Shown here: positions 8,696-17,600 of the stretch, piece after piece | Layout of the letters: each line of letters starts with the position of its first letter | How positions within the stretch are numbered: the stretch's first letter is position 1 | Source of the DNA: Armatimonadota bacterium | GTDB lineage: Bacteria > Armatimonadota > Zipacnadia > Zipacnadales > VGFC01 | Reading direction: 5' to 3' | DNA: 50,769 bases | NCBI GenBank assembly: GCA_016869045.1 | Contig: VGFC01000005.1 | Span: forward strand, 1 to 50,769 | Position numbers and translations under genes: made by a program | The notes under the pieces: generated by a model | What the model saw: the letters and a program-made list of their open reading frames with translations, nothing else | What the model was told of the DNA's origin: nothing | The model's database searches: none

Positions 8696-10123
8696 GTGAG
8701 GGTCCCTACATCCATCGCTGTCATCGCCATCCTCGGAGCCGGGCTGCTCCTGGCTGGCGGGATCTGGCTGGGGCTACGCGCAGACCGGCCGCAGTCGTCG
8801 AGCGTGGCGCGCCAGACCGGCCTCGGCCCGGGCATGAGCATGGGCGCCCCGATGATGGGCGGCGGGTTTGGCTCGATGGGTCAGGCCGGCCCACCTCAGG
8901 GCTTCGCCGGGCCGCCGGGGTGGGGCGCGCCGCCTCAGGGAGCGCCTTCCGCCCCAGGCGGGACGGGAGGCCCACAAGGGTCCATGTCCATGCCCCCGTG
9001 GTCTGCCGGAGGAGGCCCGCCCGGAGGCGGTTTCCCGGGCGGCGCGCCTGGGTCCATGGGGGGCCCCGGTGGAGCTGCGCCGACCCCCAAGGCGCCAGGA
9101 CCGCCGAGCGCGGGAGCGCCCGGGGGTGCCTGGCCGACCTGGGGACAGGGACCGTCCGGTCCACCGAAGGCGCCCTCCGGGAGTGCGGCGCCCAAGACGA
9201 AGTCCGGGTCCTCCAGCCCCGGGCCGGCGCCGAGCCCCTGGCCGGGCTGGGGGCAGGGGACGGCCGGTCCGCCACAGATGGCCTCTGGATTCGGGGCTCC
9301 AGGGATGTGGCCTGGAGGCTCGTTCGGTGGGCCGGCTGCGTTCGGAGGGCCGTGGGGCGGGGGAGCGCCGACCCCCGGCGCTTCGGCTGACCCTGCGTCC
9401 AAGGCCCTCAACCAGATTCGGGATCAGCTCGCCCTTCTCGCCAGTGCCGCGGAGGACCTGGAGGACGCATCGCTGGCCATCCGGGAGAAGAACCAGGACC
9501 AGGTGAAGGAGATCCTCCATCGGGGTGCGGAGAGGCTGCGCAAGGTCAGTGACGCCTGGCGTAAAGCCACCAACCAACTCGGGAGGGGGCAGCCGTCACC
9601 CCCGGGCGGAGGCCCGACGTGGTCGCCGTGGGGGCCGTGGGGCGGGCCCTCCGCCACCGCGTCAGCGGCCTCTCCGCAGAGCGGCCCGCCCGGATCGTGG
9701 GTGCTGCCGGCTCCTCCCGGAGGGCAGGCCACGACGGATCAAGGGCCGTCGAGGCCGGGAGGCGAGCCCCAGTTCGCCCTGGCTGGGGGAGCCGGCGGCG
9801 AGCAGACGGCCCGTCCGTGGTCCCTCGCAGACTACAAGCCGATCCCGGTGCCCACCGACGAGCCGACTGCGCCGGGGGAGCGCGCCGCCCTCGAGGAGGC
9901 TGTCCGCACCCAGCTCCGGCTGCTACAGGCGCCCTATGCGCAACTGGTGCAGAGCGGCGCTGACGTGCGAGAGGTCCGGGAGGCGCTCCGTTCGTGCCGT
10001 GACACTGTGAACCGCGGCGCCTTGCGGGAAGCGGCTCTCAGCCTCAACGCCGCAGCAGAACTCATCGGACGACTACTGACTCCCAACGCCCCACCCTCCG
10101 GCCGAACTGCTCCGGCGCCATAG
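8696..10123 (+). CDS. Membrane-anchored or exported Gly/Pro/Trp-rich low-complexity protein with two helical segments
   Basis: GTG at 8696 follows GGAGGAG. N-terminal hydrophobic helix, long G/P/S/W tracts, and helical blocks DPASKALNQIRDQL... and ERAALEEAVRTQL... Confidence 0.8.
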   Translation: MRVPTSIAVIAILGAGLLLAGGIWLGLRADRPQSSSVARQTGLGPGMSMGAPMMGGGFGSMGQAGPPQGFAGPPGWGAPPQGAPSAPGGTGGPQGSMSMPPWSAGGGPPGGGFPGGAPGSMGGPGGAAPTPKAPGPPSAGAPGGAWPTWGQGPSGPPKAPSGSAAPKTKSGSSSPGPAPSPWPGWGQGTAGPPQMASGFGAPGMWPGGSFGGPAAFGGPWGGGAPTPGASADPASKALNQIRDQLALLASAAEDLEDASLAIREKNQDQVKEILHRGAERLRKVSDAWRKATNQLGRGQPSPPGGGPTWSPWGPWGGPSATASAASPQSGPPGSWVLPAPPGGQATTDQGPSRPGGEPQFALAGGAGGEQTARPWSLADYKPIPVPTDEPTAPGERAALEEAVRTQLRLLQAPYAQLVQSGADVREVREALRSCRDTVNRGALREAALSLNAAAELIGRLLTPNAPPSGRTAPAP

Positions 10124-10152
10124 GCCAGGCGACCCGAGGGTGAGCGACCGTC

Positions 10153-10180
10153 GCAGGAAGATGGTGATCGGACAGCGAAC
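10153..10180 (+). promoter_or_regulatory. Putative sigma-H-like promoter GCAGGA-N17-CGAAC
   Basis: Same hexamer, spacing and CAGCGAACT as the 5220-5247 site. Confidence 0.5.
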
Positions 10181-10312
10181 TTGCCTCTCCAAGGCCTGCT
10201 ACTCGGGCTGACGGGCCGTGACTGCGTGCTGCCCCTGCCGGGCGGTGCGCCACGCCCCCACCTGCGAGGGTAGACATCGCCCCCGCGGACCCCCAGGCGA
10301 AGGAGAGGCGAG

Positions 10313-10654
10313 ATGATGAGGAGCAAGCTTGCGAAGACAGCGTTGGTTCTGGCTGTAGGGCTGCTCGTGGTCGCGGTGTGGCATGTCGCGGCCCAGCAAC
10401 CCCAGGGCGGCCCGCCGCAGGGCGGTTTCCCAGGCGGCCCGATGATGGGCGGCCCGGGTCCGATGATGGGGGGCCCACCCCCGATGATGGGCCCGATGGG
10501 CGCGCCGCCCTCGCCGGTTGTTGTGCTCGGCGATGGCGTTGTGTACGTGGCCTTCGACGGCAAGATCACCGCGTTCGAGGCCAAGACGCTGAAGAAGCTC
10601 GCGGAGGCCACCTACTGGGAGCGGCCCGAGCCCCCCAAGCGCCCCAACCCGTAG
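10313..10654 (+). CDS. Secreted Gly/Pro/Met-rich microprotein with one PQQ-like blade (paralog B)
   Basis: Signal peptide; GPMMGGPGPMMGGPPPMMGPMG; C-terminal 43 aa are 33/43 identical to paralog A; AAGGAG SD. Confidence 0.85.
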   Translation: MMRSKLAKTALVLAVGLLVVAVWHVAAQQPQGGPPQGGFPGGPMMGGPGPMMGGPPPMMGPMGAPPSPVVVLGDGVVYVAFDGKITAFEAKTLKKLAEATYWERPEPPKRPNP

Positions 10655-10680
10655 CCCGCGTCGCCCCCTCCCGCACTACT

Positions 10681-10713
10681 CCACAGGCCGAGGCCTTGCG
10701 CCTCGGCCTGTGG
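10681..10713 (+). terminator. GC-rich hairpin, probable terminator
   Basis: CCACAGGCCGAGGC-CTTGC-GCCTCGGCCTGTGG, a 14-bp perfect stem 26 nt after the stop. U-tract is weak. Confidence 0.55.
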
Positions 10714-10767
10714 CCTTCCCGAAACATTGCGCTCACGTCGGCGTGACCCCGTGGTATACCTCGATTC

Positions 10768-13518
10768 ATGCAAAGCACGTCTGCGACTCAGGCCGGCTCT
10801 GCAGGTCCGGGCCTGCCGTTGCGGCTGGCGAACGGGCCCTTTGGGCGCGCGCTCCTGGGCGTGGCCCTGGGGCTTGTGCTTCTTGCCGCGCAGCAGTCCG
10901 GATGGTTCCGGCAGGCCGACCTGTCACTGCTGGACCGGCTGAACGCGCTCGTCCAACGGCCCGGGGAGCGGCCCCTGGTGGTGGTCGTCGCCGCCCCGTC
11001 TCAGGCCGCCGACGCTCGGACCTGTGCGGCTGCTCTGGCGAATGCGCTCGAGGCAGGCGCGGCGGCCGTGGGGCTTGACGAGACCTACCTGTACGTCGGC
11101 GCCGGCGCTCCGCCCGGACAAGCGGGAGGCCTGGTCGCTCTGGCGTCTGACCGCCGCTGCGTGGTCGCCGAGGCAGTGCCGGGAGGCCTGAAGGGGATCG
11201 GCTCGGCGAGACCTCGGCTGGCCGCCATGGAGCAGTTCCGCTACGAGGGAGGCCGGTCGCGCAAGGTAGTGCCGCGCCGCGCGTACACCGACGAGGGCAC
11301 GCCCGTCGGGTTCGTAGGCCAGGTCGCGGTGAAGGCGCTTGCCGGCTCGGCCCGAAGCCCCCTTGACCGCCGCCGCGTCGAGCGCAGCCTTGGATACCTG
11401 GATTCCTCGACCGGAATGCTGCTCGACTACTCCCTGCGTCCCGCGCCGGTGCGGATGACGACGCTCGAGTCGTTGGCCAAGGCGCCGGCGGTGGCCTTGC
11501 GCGAGCGGCTGCTGGGCCGGGTCGTGCTGCTGTCGTCGGAGTCGTGGAACGTGGTGGCTCACGCGTGGCAGTCGGGCAACTCCTCGACCCCGCGCGCGGT
11601 CGAGCCGGCGGTCGCCTGGGCCATCGCGAGCGTTCTCTCGGGAACGGGCGCCGCCGAGCCCCAAGTCGAGCTACTCGCCAGCGCGCTGGTGCTGAGCTCT
11701 CTCCTCCTGATGCTGACCATGGGGGATCGTGGCCTTGGCGGCAAGTTCCTCGCCGCTGCAGTTGCCTTCGTTGGCCTGGCGGGTCTGTCGGTGGGCAGCC
11801 TGGCGTGCTGGCGGGTCTTCGTGCCGCCATGCTCCTTGGCGGCAGCCATCACCGCCGCCTTCCTGGTCTCCACATGCCTCGAACTGGCCGAGGCCGGCAA
11901 GCTGATCGCCCGCGAGTCCGTCGCGGACACGGACGGCGGCCTGTGGGGCGATCGCCGGGAGTCGGCCACCCCCCTTGTCGCAGTCGAGGAGACTCTCCGC
12001 TCGATTCTCGGCTGGCACTCGCTCCCCGGCGTGGCTCTCTTGCTCAGGGATTCGGCGCGGCCGACGGGGATGGTCGTCATGTCCGCCGATGGAACGCCGG
12101 ACTGGAGCGGACGCCCGGGGCTCCAGGCGCTGGGTGACGAAGCCCTACTGGCTGCTATCCCGTCCGTGGGTGACTGGCCGGAGGGCGGTCACAAGGCCTT
12201 GGCGGTTCCCGCCGTGCTGGAGCCGGGTCGGGGAGCCGCGCTTATCCTCGCGGCCTCGCATCTGCCCGTCCATCCCGATGTCGTCGAGTTCGGCGCCCGG
12301 GTTGTGCGACAGCTGCTGGCCGGGCGAGTGCCACGCTCCGGTCTCAGTGCGATGGTCCTGGATGCTGAGACACGACCCTGGAAGCTCCCGCTCCCTGCCC
12401 AGTTGGCGCGGCTCGGGGCTTCGCGTCTGGCTCGGCAGCAGCAGGCCGCGGTGGCCGCCGCCTGGCGTGCCGGCCCACATGAGGCAGTCATCGTCTTCGA
12501 TACGAGCGGCAAGCCCGCGCTGTGGAACCGGCGCGCGGAGACGCTGTTCGACGGCGAGAAGGGCGCCGACCTCAGCCAGGCCCACATTGTCCCGCTGCTC
12601 GCCAAGGTGCTCGAGACGAGCGAGGCGGAGGTCCGAGACGCGGCGATGGGCGTGCTGCTTCACGGCACACCCTACATCTGCGATCTGGAGGACCCGGCGG
12701 GCAGGTACAACTACGTCGCGAGCCTCACGCGGGTCGGGCCGGACGGAGAGAGCCCGGCGGGCCTCGCGTTGCGGTGCATCGACGTGACGGGCGTCTGCCG
12801 GCCGGCGCGGGTCGAGGCCCGGCTGATGAGCATCGCGGCCCATGAGATGCGCACGCCGCTGACCTCCGTGATGGGCTATGCAGAACTCCTACAGGGGCAG
12901 GCCGAGGAGGGGTCGGCGGCGAGGCGCTACGCGGAGGCCATCCAGCGCCAGGCCGAGCGCATGGAAGCGGTGGTCGGCGAGCTGTTGACGGTGACCCGCC
13001 TAGAGGCCGGTCGCGAGGAGCTGCTCATCGAGGCGGCGGACATGGGGGCGCTGGCGCGGGGAGTCGTGGCCGGATTGCAGCCCATGGCCAATGCGCGGCA
13101 CATCACACTTGTGGTGCATGTGACCGGTGAGGCAACCCTCCGTGGTGATGTGCCCAAGCTCGAGCGGGTCGTCGAGAACCTCGTAACCAACGCGATCAAG
13201 TACAGTCCCGAAGGCGCCTCGGTGTCCGTGAGCCTGCGCCCGGAGGCCGACCGGGTGATCCTTGACGTGCAGGACACCGGGCACGGCCTGTCGGTGGAGG
13301 ACGCGCCGTATGTCTTCGAGAAGTTCTACCGCGCGAAGAACCACCACACCGAGGGCGTCGAGGGGACGGGCCTGGGCCTGGCGATCGTGAGGCTCATTGT
13401 CGAGGCCCACGGCGGGTCGGTCTCACTCAGGAGCGTGGAGGGAGCGGGCTCCACCTTCACGGTGGCGTTGCCGGTGGCGGGACCCGCGGCGAAGCACGTG
13501 TCCGATCCAGCCGCCTGA
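10768..13518 (+). CDS. Membrane sensor histidine kinase (CHASE2-like, TM, PAS-like, HisKA, HATPase)
   Basis: ALEAGAAAVGLD (CHASE2-like); AVIVFD..G...LWN..AE.LF (PAS); AAHEMRTPL; NLVTNAIKYS; GTGLGLAIV. Confidence 0.85.
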   Translation: MQSTSATQAGSAGPGLPLRLANGPFGRALLGVALGLVLLAAQQSGWFRQADLSLLDRLNALVQRPGERPLVVVVAAPSQAADARTCAAALANALEAGAAAVGLDETYLYVGAGAPPGQAGGLVALASDRRCVVAEAVPGGLKGIGSARPRLAAMEQFRYEGGRSRKVVPRRAYTDEGTPVGFVGQVAVKALAGSARSPLDRRRVERSLGYLDSSTGMLLDYSLRPAPVRMTTLESLAKAPAVALRERLLGRVVLLSSESWNVVAHAWQSGNSSTPRAVEPAVAWAIASVLSGTGAAEPQVELLASALVLSSLLLMLTMGDRGLGGKFLAAAVAFVGLAGLSVGSLACWRVFVPPCSLAAAITAAFLVSTCLELAEAGKLIARESVADTDGGLWGDRRESATPLVAVEETLRSILGWHSLPGVALLLRDSARPTGMVVMSADGTPDWSGRPGLQALGDEALLAAIPSVGDWPEGGHKALAVPAVLEPGRGAALILAASHLPVHPDVVEFGARVVRQLLAGRVPRSGLSAMVLDAETRPWKLPLPAQLARLGASRLARQQQAAVAAAWRAGPHEAVIVFDTSGKPALWNRRAETLFDGEKGADLSQAHIVPLLAKVLETSEAEVRDAAMGVLLHGTPYICDLEDPAGRYNYVASLTRVGPDGESPAGLALRCIDVTGVCRPARVEARLMSIAAHEMRTPLTSVMGYAELLQGQAEEGSAARRYAEAIQRQAERMEAVVGELLTVTRLEAGREELLIEAADMGALARGVVAGLQPMANARHITLVVHVTGEATLRGDVPKLERVVENLVTNAIKYSPEGASVSVSLRPEADRVILDVQDTGHGLSVEDAPYVFEKFYRAKNHHTEGVEGTGLGLAIVRLIVEAHGGSVSLRSVEGAGSTFTVALPVAGPAAKHVSDPAA

Positions 13519-13557
13519 GTGCGTGAGTCGTTCCTCGATGCGACGGGCCCGATTCCC

Positions 13558-14328
13558 ATGAATCCTCCTGCCTCCGCGCCCCCAGACGAGGCCTGGTGGC
13601 GCGCCTTCTTCGAGAGCCCCGATTCGCTGACCCTCGCGTTCTTCCCCGACGACTGGGTGACCGACCGGCAGGTGAAGGGCCTGGACCGCCTGCTAATGCC
13701 GTGGCGCCCGCGGCGGGTTCTCGATCTATGCTGCGGCCACGGCCGCCACATGGCCCCGCTGCTCGAACGCGGGTATCCGGTGGTGGGCCTGGATGCGTCG
13801 AGCCTGATGGTGACGCGGGCGCAGGCCGCCGTCCGCCAGACGGGTGCAACCGGGGGCGTGGTCCGAGGCGAGGCGCAACGCCTGCCCTTCGCGGAGGGAG
13901 CTTTCGACGTTGTCATCTGTCTCTTCAACAGCTTCGGCTATCTCCCGACCGATGAGGAGAACGAGCAGGTCCTGCGCGAGACCGCGCGCTGTCTGCGGCC
14001 GCGCGGCCGATTCCTGCTCGACACGCGTAACCGTGCGTACCAGCTCTCCCAACTGCCGTTCTCGGAGATCGTGCCTCTGCAAGGTGGCGGCGCCGTGTGG
14101 CTCGAATGCAGGCACGATGTGCCGCGCGGTCGTCTGGTGAGTGAGTTCCGATCCGCAGGGACCGGCAAGCTGCTGCACCGCGCGTCGATCCGCACGTACT
14201 CGCTGAGTGAGCTGGAGCGGATGCTGACGCGGTGCGGGCTGCTGATCGCGGAGACCTACGGCGGATACGACTGGACGCCGTTCCGCGGGGACTCGCGGGA
14301 GCTGCTGCTCCTGACGGAACGACGCTGA
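13558..14328 (+). CDS. Class I SAM-dependent methyltransferase
   Basis: VLDLCCGHGRH; VVGLDAS; FDVVICLFNSFGY; LRPRGRFLLD. Start could instead be GTG 13519. Confidence 0.9.
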   Translation: MNPPASAPPDEAWWRAFFESPDSLTLAFFPDDWVTDRQVKGLDRLLMPWRPRRVLDLCCGHGRHMAPLLERGYPVVGLDASSLMVTRAQAAVRQTGATGGVVRGEAQRLPFAEGAFDVVICLFNSFGYLPTDEENEQVLRETARCLRPRGRFLLDTRNRAYQLSQLPFSEIVPLQGGGAVWLECRHDVPRGRLVSEFRSAGTGKLLHRASIRTYSLSELERMLTRCGLLIAETYGGYDWTPFRGDSRELLLLTERR

Positions 14329-14340
14329 GAGGACGGCATT

Positions 14341-14555
14341 GGGCGTGATGAATCACGCCCCTACGTCAGGGCACGATGAAGATTGTGTTGATAAAGGCAT
14401 TGTCGGGATTGGTATCCCGACCTACGAGCCACGTAGAGCGCGTAGGAGAGGGTTCTTCCTTTGACGGGGCCCTTTCTCAACACAATCTGAATCGTGCCCC
14501 TACATGAAGGCGCTCGACGGGCACCCGCCATGTAGGGGCGCCATTCATGGCGCCC
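14341..14555. repeat. Cluster of GTAG-type REP palindromes
   Basis: GGGCGTGATGAATCACGCCCCTAC (14341-14364); interrupted GGGCACGA-TGAA//TGAA-TCGTGCCCCTAC (14369-14503); inverted GTAGGGGCGCCATTCATGGCGCCC (14532-14555). Confidence 0.85.
14381..14487. mobile_element. 107-bp MITE with 17-bp terminal inverted repeats and a TGAA target duplication
   Basis: Left GATTGTGTTGATAAAGG, right CCTTTCTCAACACAATC (16/17 match). TGAA flanks both sides. Removing it restores an intact REP. Confidence 0.85.
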
Positions 14556-14604
14556 GCCGAGGCCGCCAGTACACGCCAAGCACGACCGTACTCGGGGGAA
14601 CGCC

Positions 14605-17600
14605 ATGCTACTGAGCGGAGTGATCCTGATGATCGCGGCGGGTGATCTGCCGGCACAGCAACCGCGCCTGTCGGAGCCGTACGAGGCCGAGTATGCCGGC
14701 GAGGACGCAACGGGGAAGCATGTCCTGGGCCTGTGGCAGTTCGCCGAAGGCGCCGAGACGGCGGACTCGTCCGGCCGCGGGCACAACTGCGAGCTGCAGG
14801 GCGCGACGCTCAACGCCGCCGGGCGCTTCGGTGCGTGTCTGGAGTCGTTTCGCGGCTGGCCGGATGAGGACACGCGCCATGCAGCCGTCGTGCCGAATCA
14901 CCCCGACCTCTCGCCGAAGGGCGCGTTCACCATCGAGTGGTGGATGAGCCCGAAGGCGGACCTGGAGGGCTATCCCGACGCCTTCCTGATCGACAAGAAG
15001 TACGTCGCCGATGCTGACTACCAGATCATCCTGGGTGCCGCGGACAAGGGCAACCTCCGGCGGCTGCGGGCCAACCTGGGCTTCGGAAATGGCTCTGAGA
15101 CCTACAACTCCGAGGCGGCGGTCTTCGAGGCGGGCAAGTGGTATCACGTCGCCTTCGTCTACGACGGGCAGGGCGGCGGGCGTTTCGTGCTCAATGGCCG
15201 CGGCTTCGGCGGGGGCGAGGTGCCGGGTCGCGGTTCCATCGGCGCCGGCACGCACGCGCTCAACATCGGCGACCGCGTGGGGAGCTACTACCACGGCTTC
15301 CCTGGTCTGCTGGATCAGGTGCGCCTGTGCCAAGGCGCGCTCGAGTTCCGCCGGGCGGGCATCGACCTCGCCACCGTGCGACGGGCGTATGTGCGCATGG
15401 AGCAGGCGCCGCCGCTGAAGCTGGCGGTCACGAACTTCCAGCGTTCCCCCCTCTCCGGCGCGCAAGTCCGGGTCTCTCTGAGCGGGGCAGGCGAGACGCA
15501 GTTCGCTGTGCCGGAACTCGCCTCCGGCGCGACTACGGAGATCGGGTACCCTCTCAACACCGCGCTGCGCCCGGACGCATACTCACTGCGGGCGGCGGTC
15601 GAGATCCCCGGCGCCGACCCTTACACGAGCGAGCAGTCCTTTGGGGTGACGATCGTTCCGCGGCCGCTGCCGCACGTCATGCCGGTGCTCATGTGGGGAA
15701 TCGGCAGCCCGAGCGAGGTGCGCAAGGAGACGGAGCGCCTGAAGCGGATCGGCTTCACGCACTGCGTGGGCCTGGGCGCCGACTACGCGCGCATCTGGGA
15801 CGCCGGCGCGCCGACGGAGGCCTCCTCTCCGGCGGATGTCGCGAGCGCCCGCGCCATGCTGGATGAGGCGCTCGTGAACGGTATTGGCATCTGCGCGCAG
15901 CTCTCGCCCGGACGCTGGGCCGGGGAGAAGCCGGAGCTGCGTCGCGTCACCCGGGACGGCAAGCCGTACGACAAGCCGGAGGTCTGCGGCCTGCTGCCTG
16001 AGGTGCAGAGCTTGTGCCGGAACGTCGGCGTGTCGGTGGCGCAGACGTACGGGGACTACCCCGCGTTCGACGCCGCTTTGCTTCACACTGAGGTGCGCGA
16101 CGGCGCGAACCTCTGCTTCCACGAACAGGACCGCGCTGCGTTCCGCGCTGCGACGGGCCTGGAGGTTCCCGAGGCGGCCCAGGCCAAGTGGGGTGTCTCC
16201 CACTCCAAGCTCCCCAACTTCCCCGCCGATCGAGTGATCGAGGACAACGATCCGATCTACGTCTACCAGAAGTGGTATTGGCAGGCGGGCGATGGCTGGA
16301 ACGGGCTGAACACAGCCCTCGCGGAGGGGCTCAAGTCCACGGGCCGCAAGAACCTGTGGACGTTCCACGACCCGGCCGTCCGCGTCGCGAGCGTACTGGG
16401 CAGCGGCGGCGCGGTGGACTACCTCTCGCAGTGGACCTACTCCTACCCCGATCCGCTCCGAATCGCTACCGCGACCGATGAGTTACTGACGATGGCGCGC
16501 AATGCGGGGCGCCCGCAGGACCTGATGAAGATGACCCAGATCATCTGGTACCGCTCGCAGACCGCGCCCGTTAGCGAGGCCAGCCAGCAGAAGGTCGCCG
16601 CGCAGTCCGTCTGGGAGGACTCCGAGCCGGACGCCGCCTTCATCACGATCGCGCCGATGCACTTGCGCGAGGCGTTCTGGACCAAGATCGCGCGCCCGAT
16701 CCAGGGCATCATGTACCACGGATGGCAGTCGCTTGTACCAACGGGCAGCACCTCCGGCTACCGCTACACTCATCCGCAGACGCAGCACGAACTCACGCGG
16801 CTCACCCACGAGATCGTCCAACCGCTGGGGCCCACGCTGAGGCAGGTGCCCGAGGCCAAGAGCGACGTGGCGTTCCTGGAGAGCTTCGCGAGCGAGATGT
16901 TCGCGGGACGGGGCACGTACGGGTGGGGGCACACCTGGCTCGGCGACGCGTACCTCATCCTGCAGTGGGCGCAGTTGCAGCCGGAGATTGTCTTCGACGA
17001 GACGGTCGCGCAGAAGGGCCTCGACGGCTATCGCGTCCTGGTGATGATGGACTGCGATGTGCTCACCCGAACGGTGGTCGAGAAGGTGCAGGCCTTCCAG
17101 AAGGCCGGCGGACTCGTCGTCGCCGACGACCGGCTCTGCCCGGCGATCCGCCCCGACATCGTGCTCATTCCCTACGAGCGCACGAAGCAGGCGGACGTTG
17201 ACAAGGCCGCCCTGCAGGCCCTCGCCGCGCAGCTCTGTCAGCAACTCGACAAGCGCTATCAGCGGCACGTGGACTCGTTGAACCCGAATGTCGTGACCCA
17301 CTACCGGCGCTATGGGACGACCGACTACGTCTTCCTCATCAATGACCACCGCGAGTTCGGCGACTACGTCGGCCGCTACAAGCTCGTCATGGAGCGCGGC
17401 CTGCCGTCCTCGGCGACCGTCACCATCGCTCGACCGGCGAAGGCGGTGTACGACCTCGTTCGCCATCGGCCCGTGACCATCCGGCAGGCCGATGGCAAGT
17501 TGCAGCTCGACGCCGATGTGGAGCCGTGCGACGGCCGGCTGCTGATGGTCACCGACCGGGCGATCGCCGGCGTGAACATCGAGGCGCCGGAGACGGCCAA

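Noticed and set aside
9120-9270. WGQG motifs resembling the mammalian prion octarepeat PHGGGWGQ
   Set aside because: The copper-binding His is absent and the match is too short. Compositional convergence, not homology.
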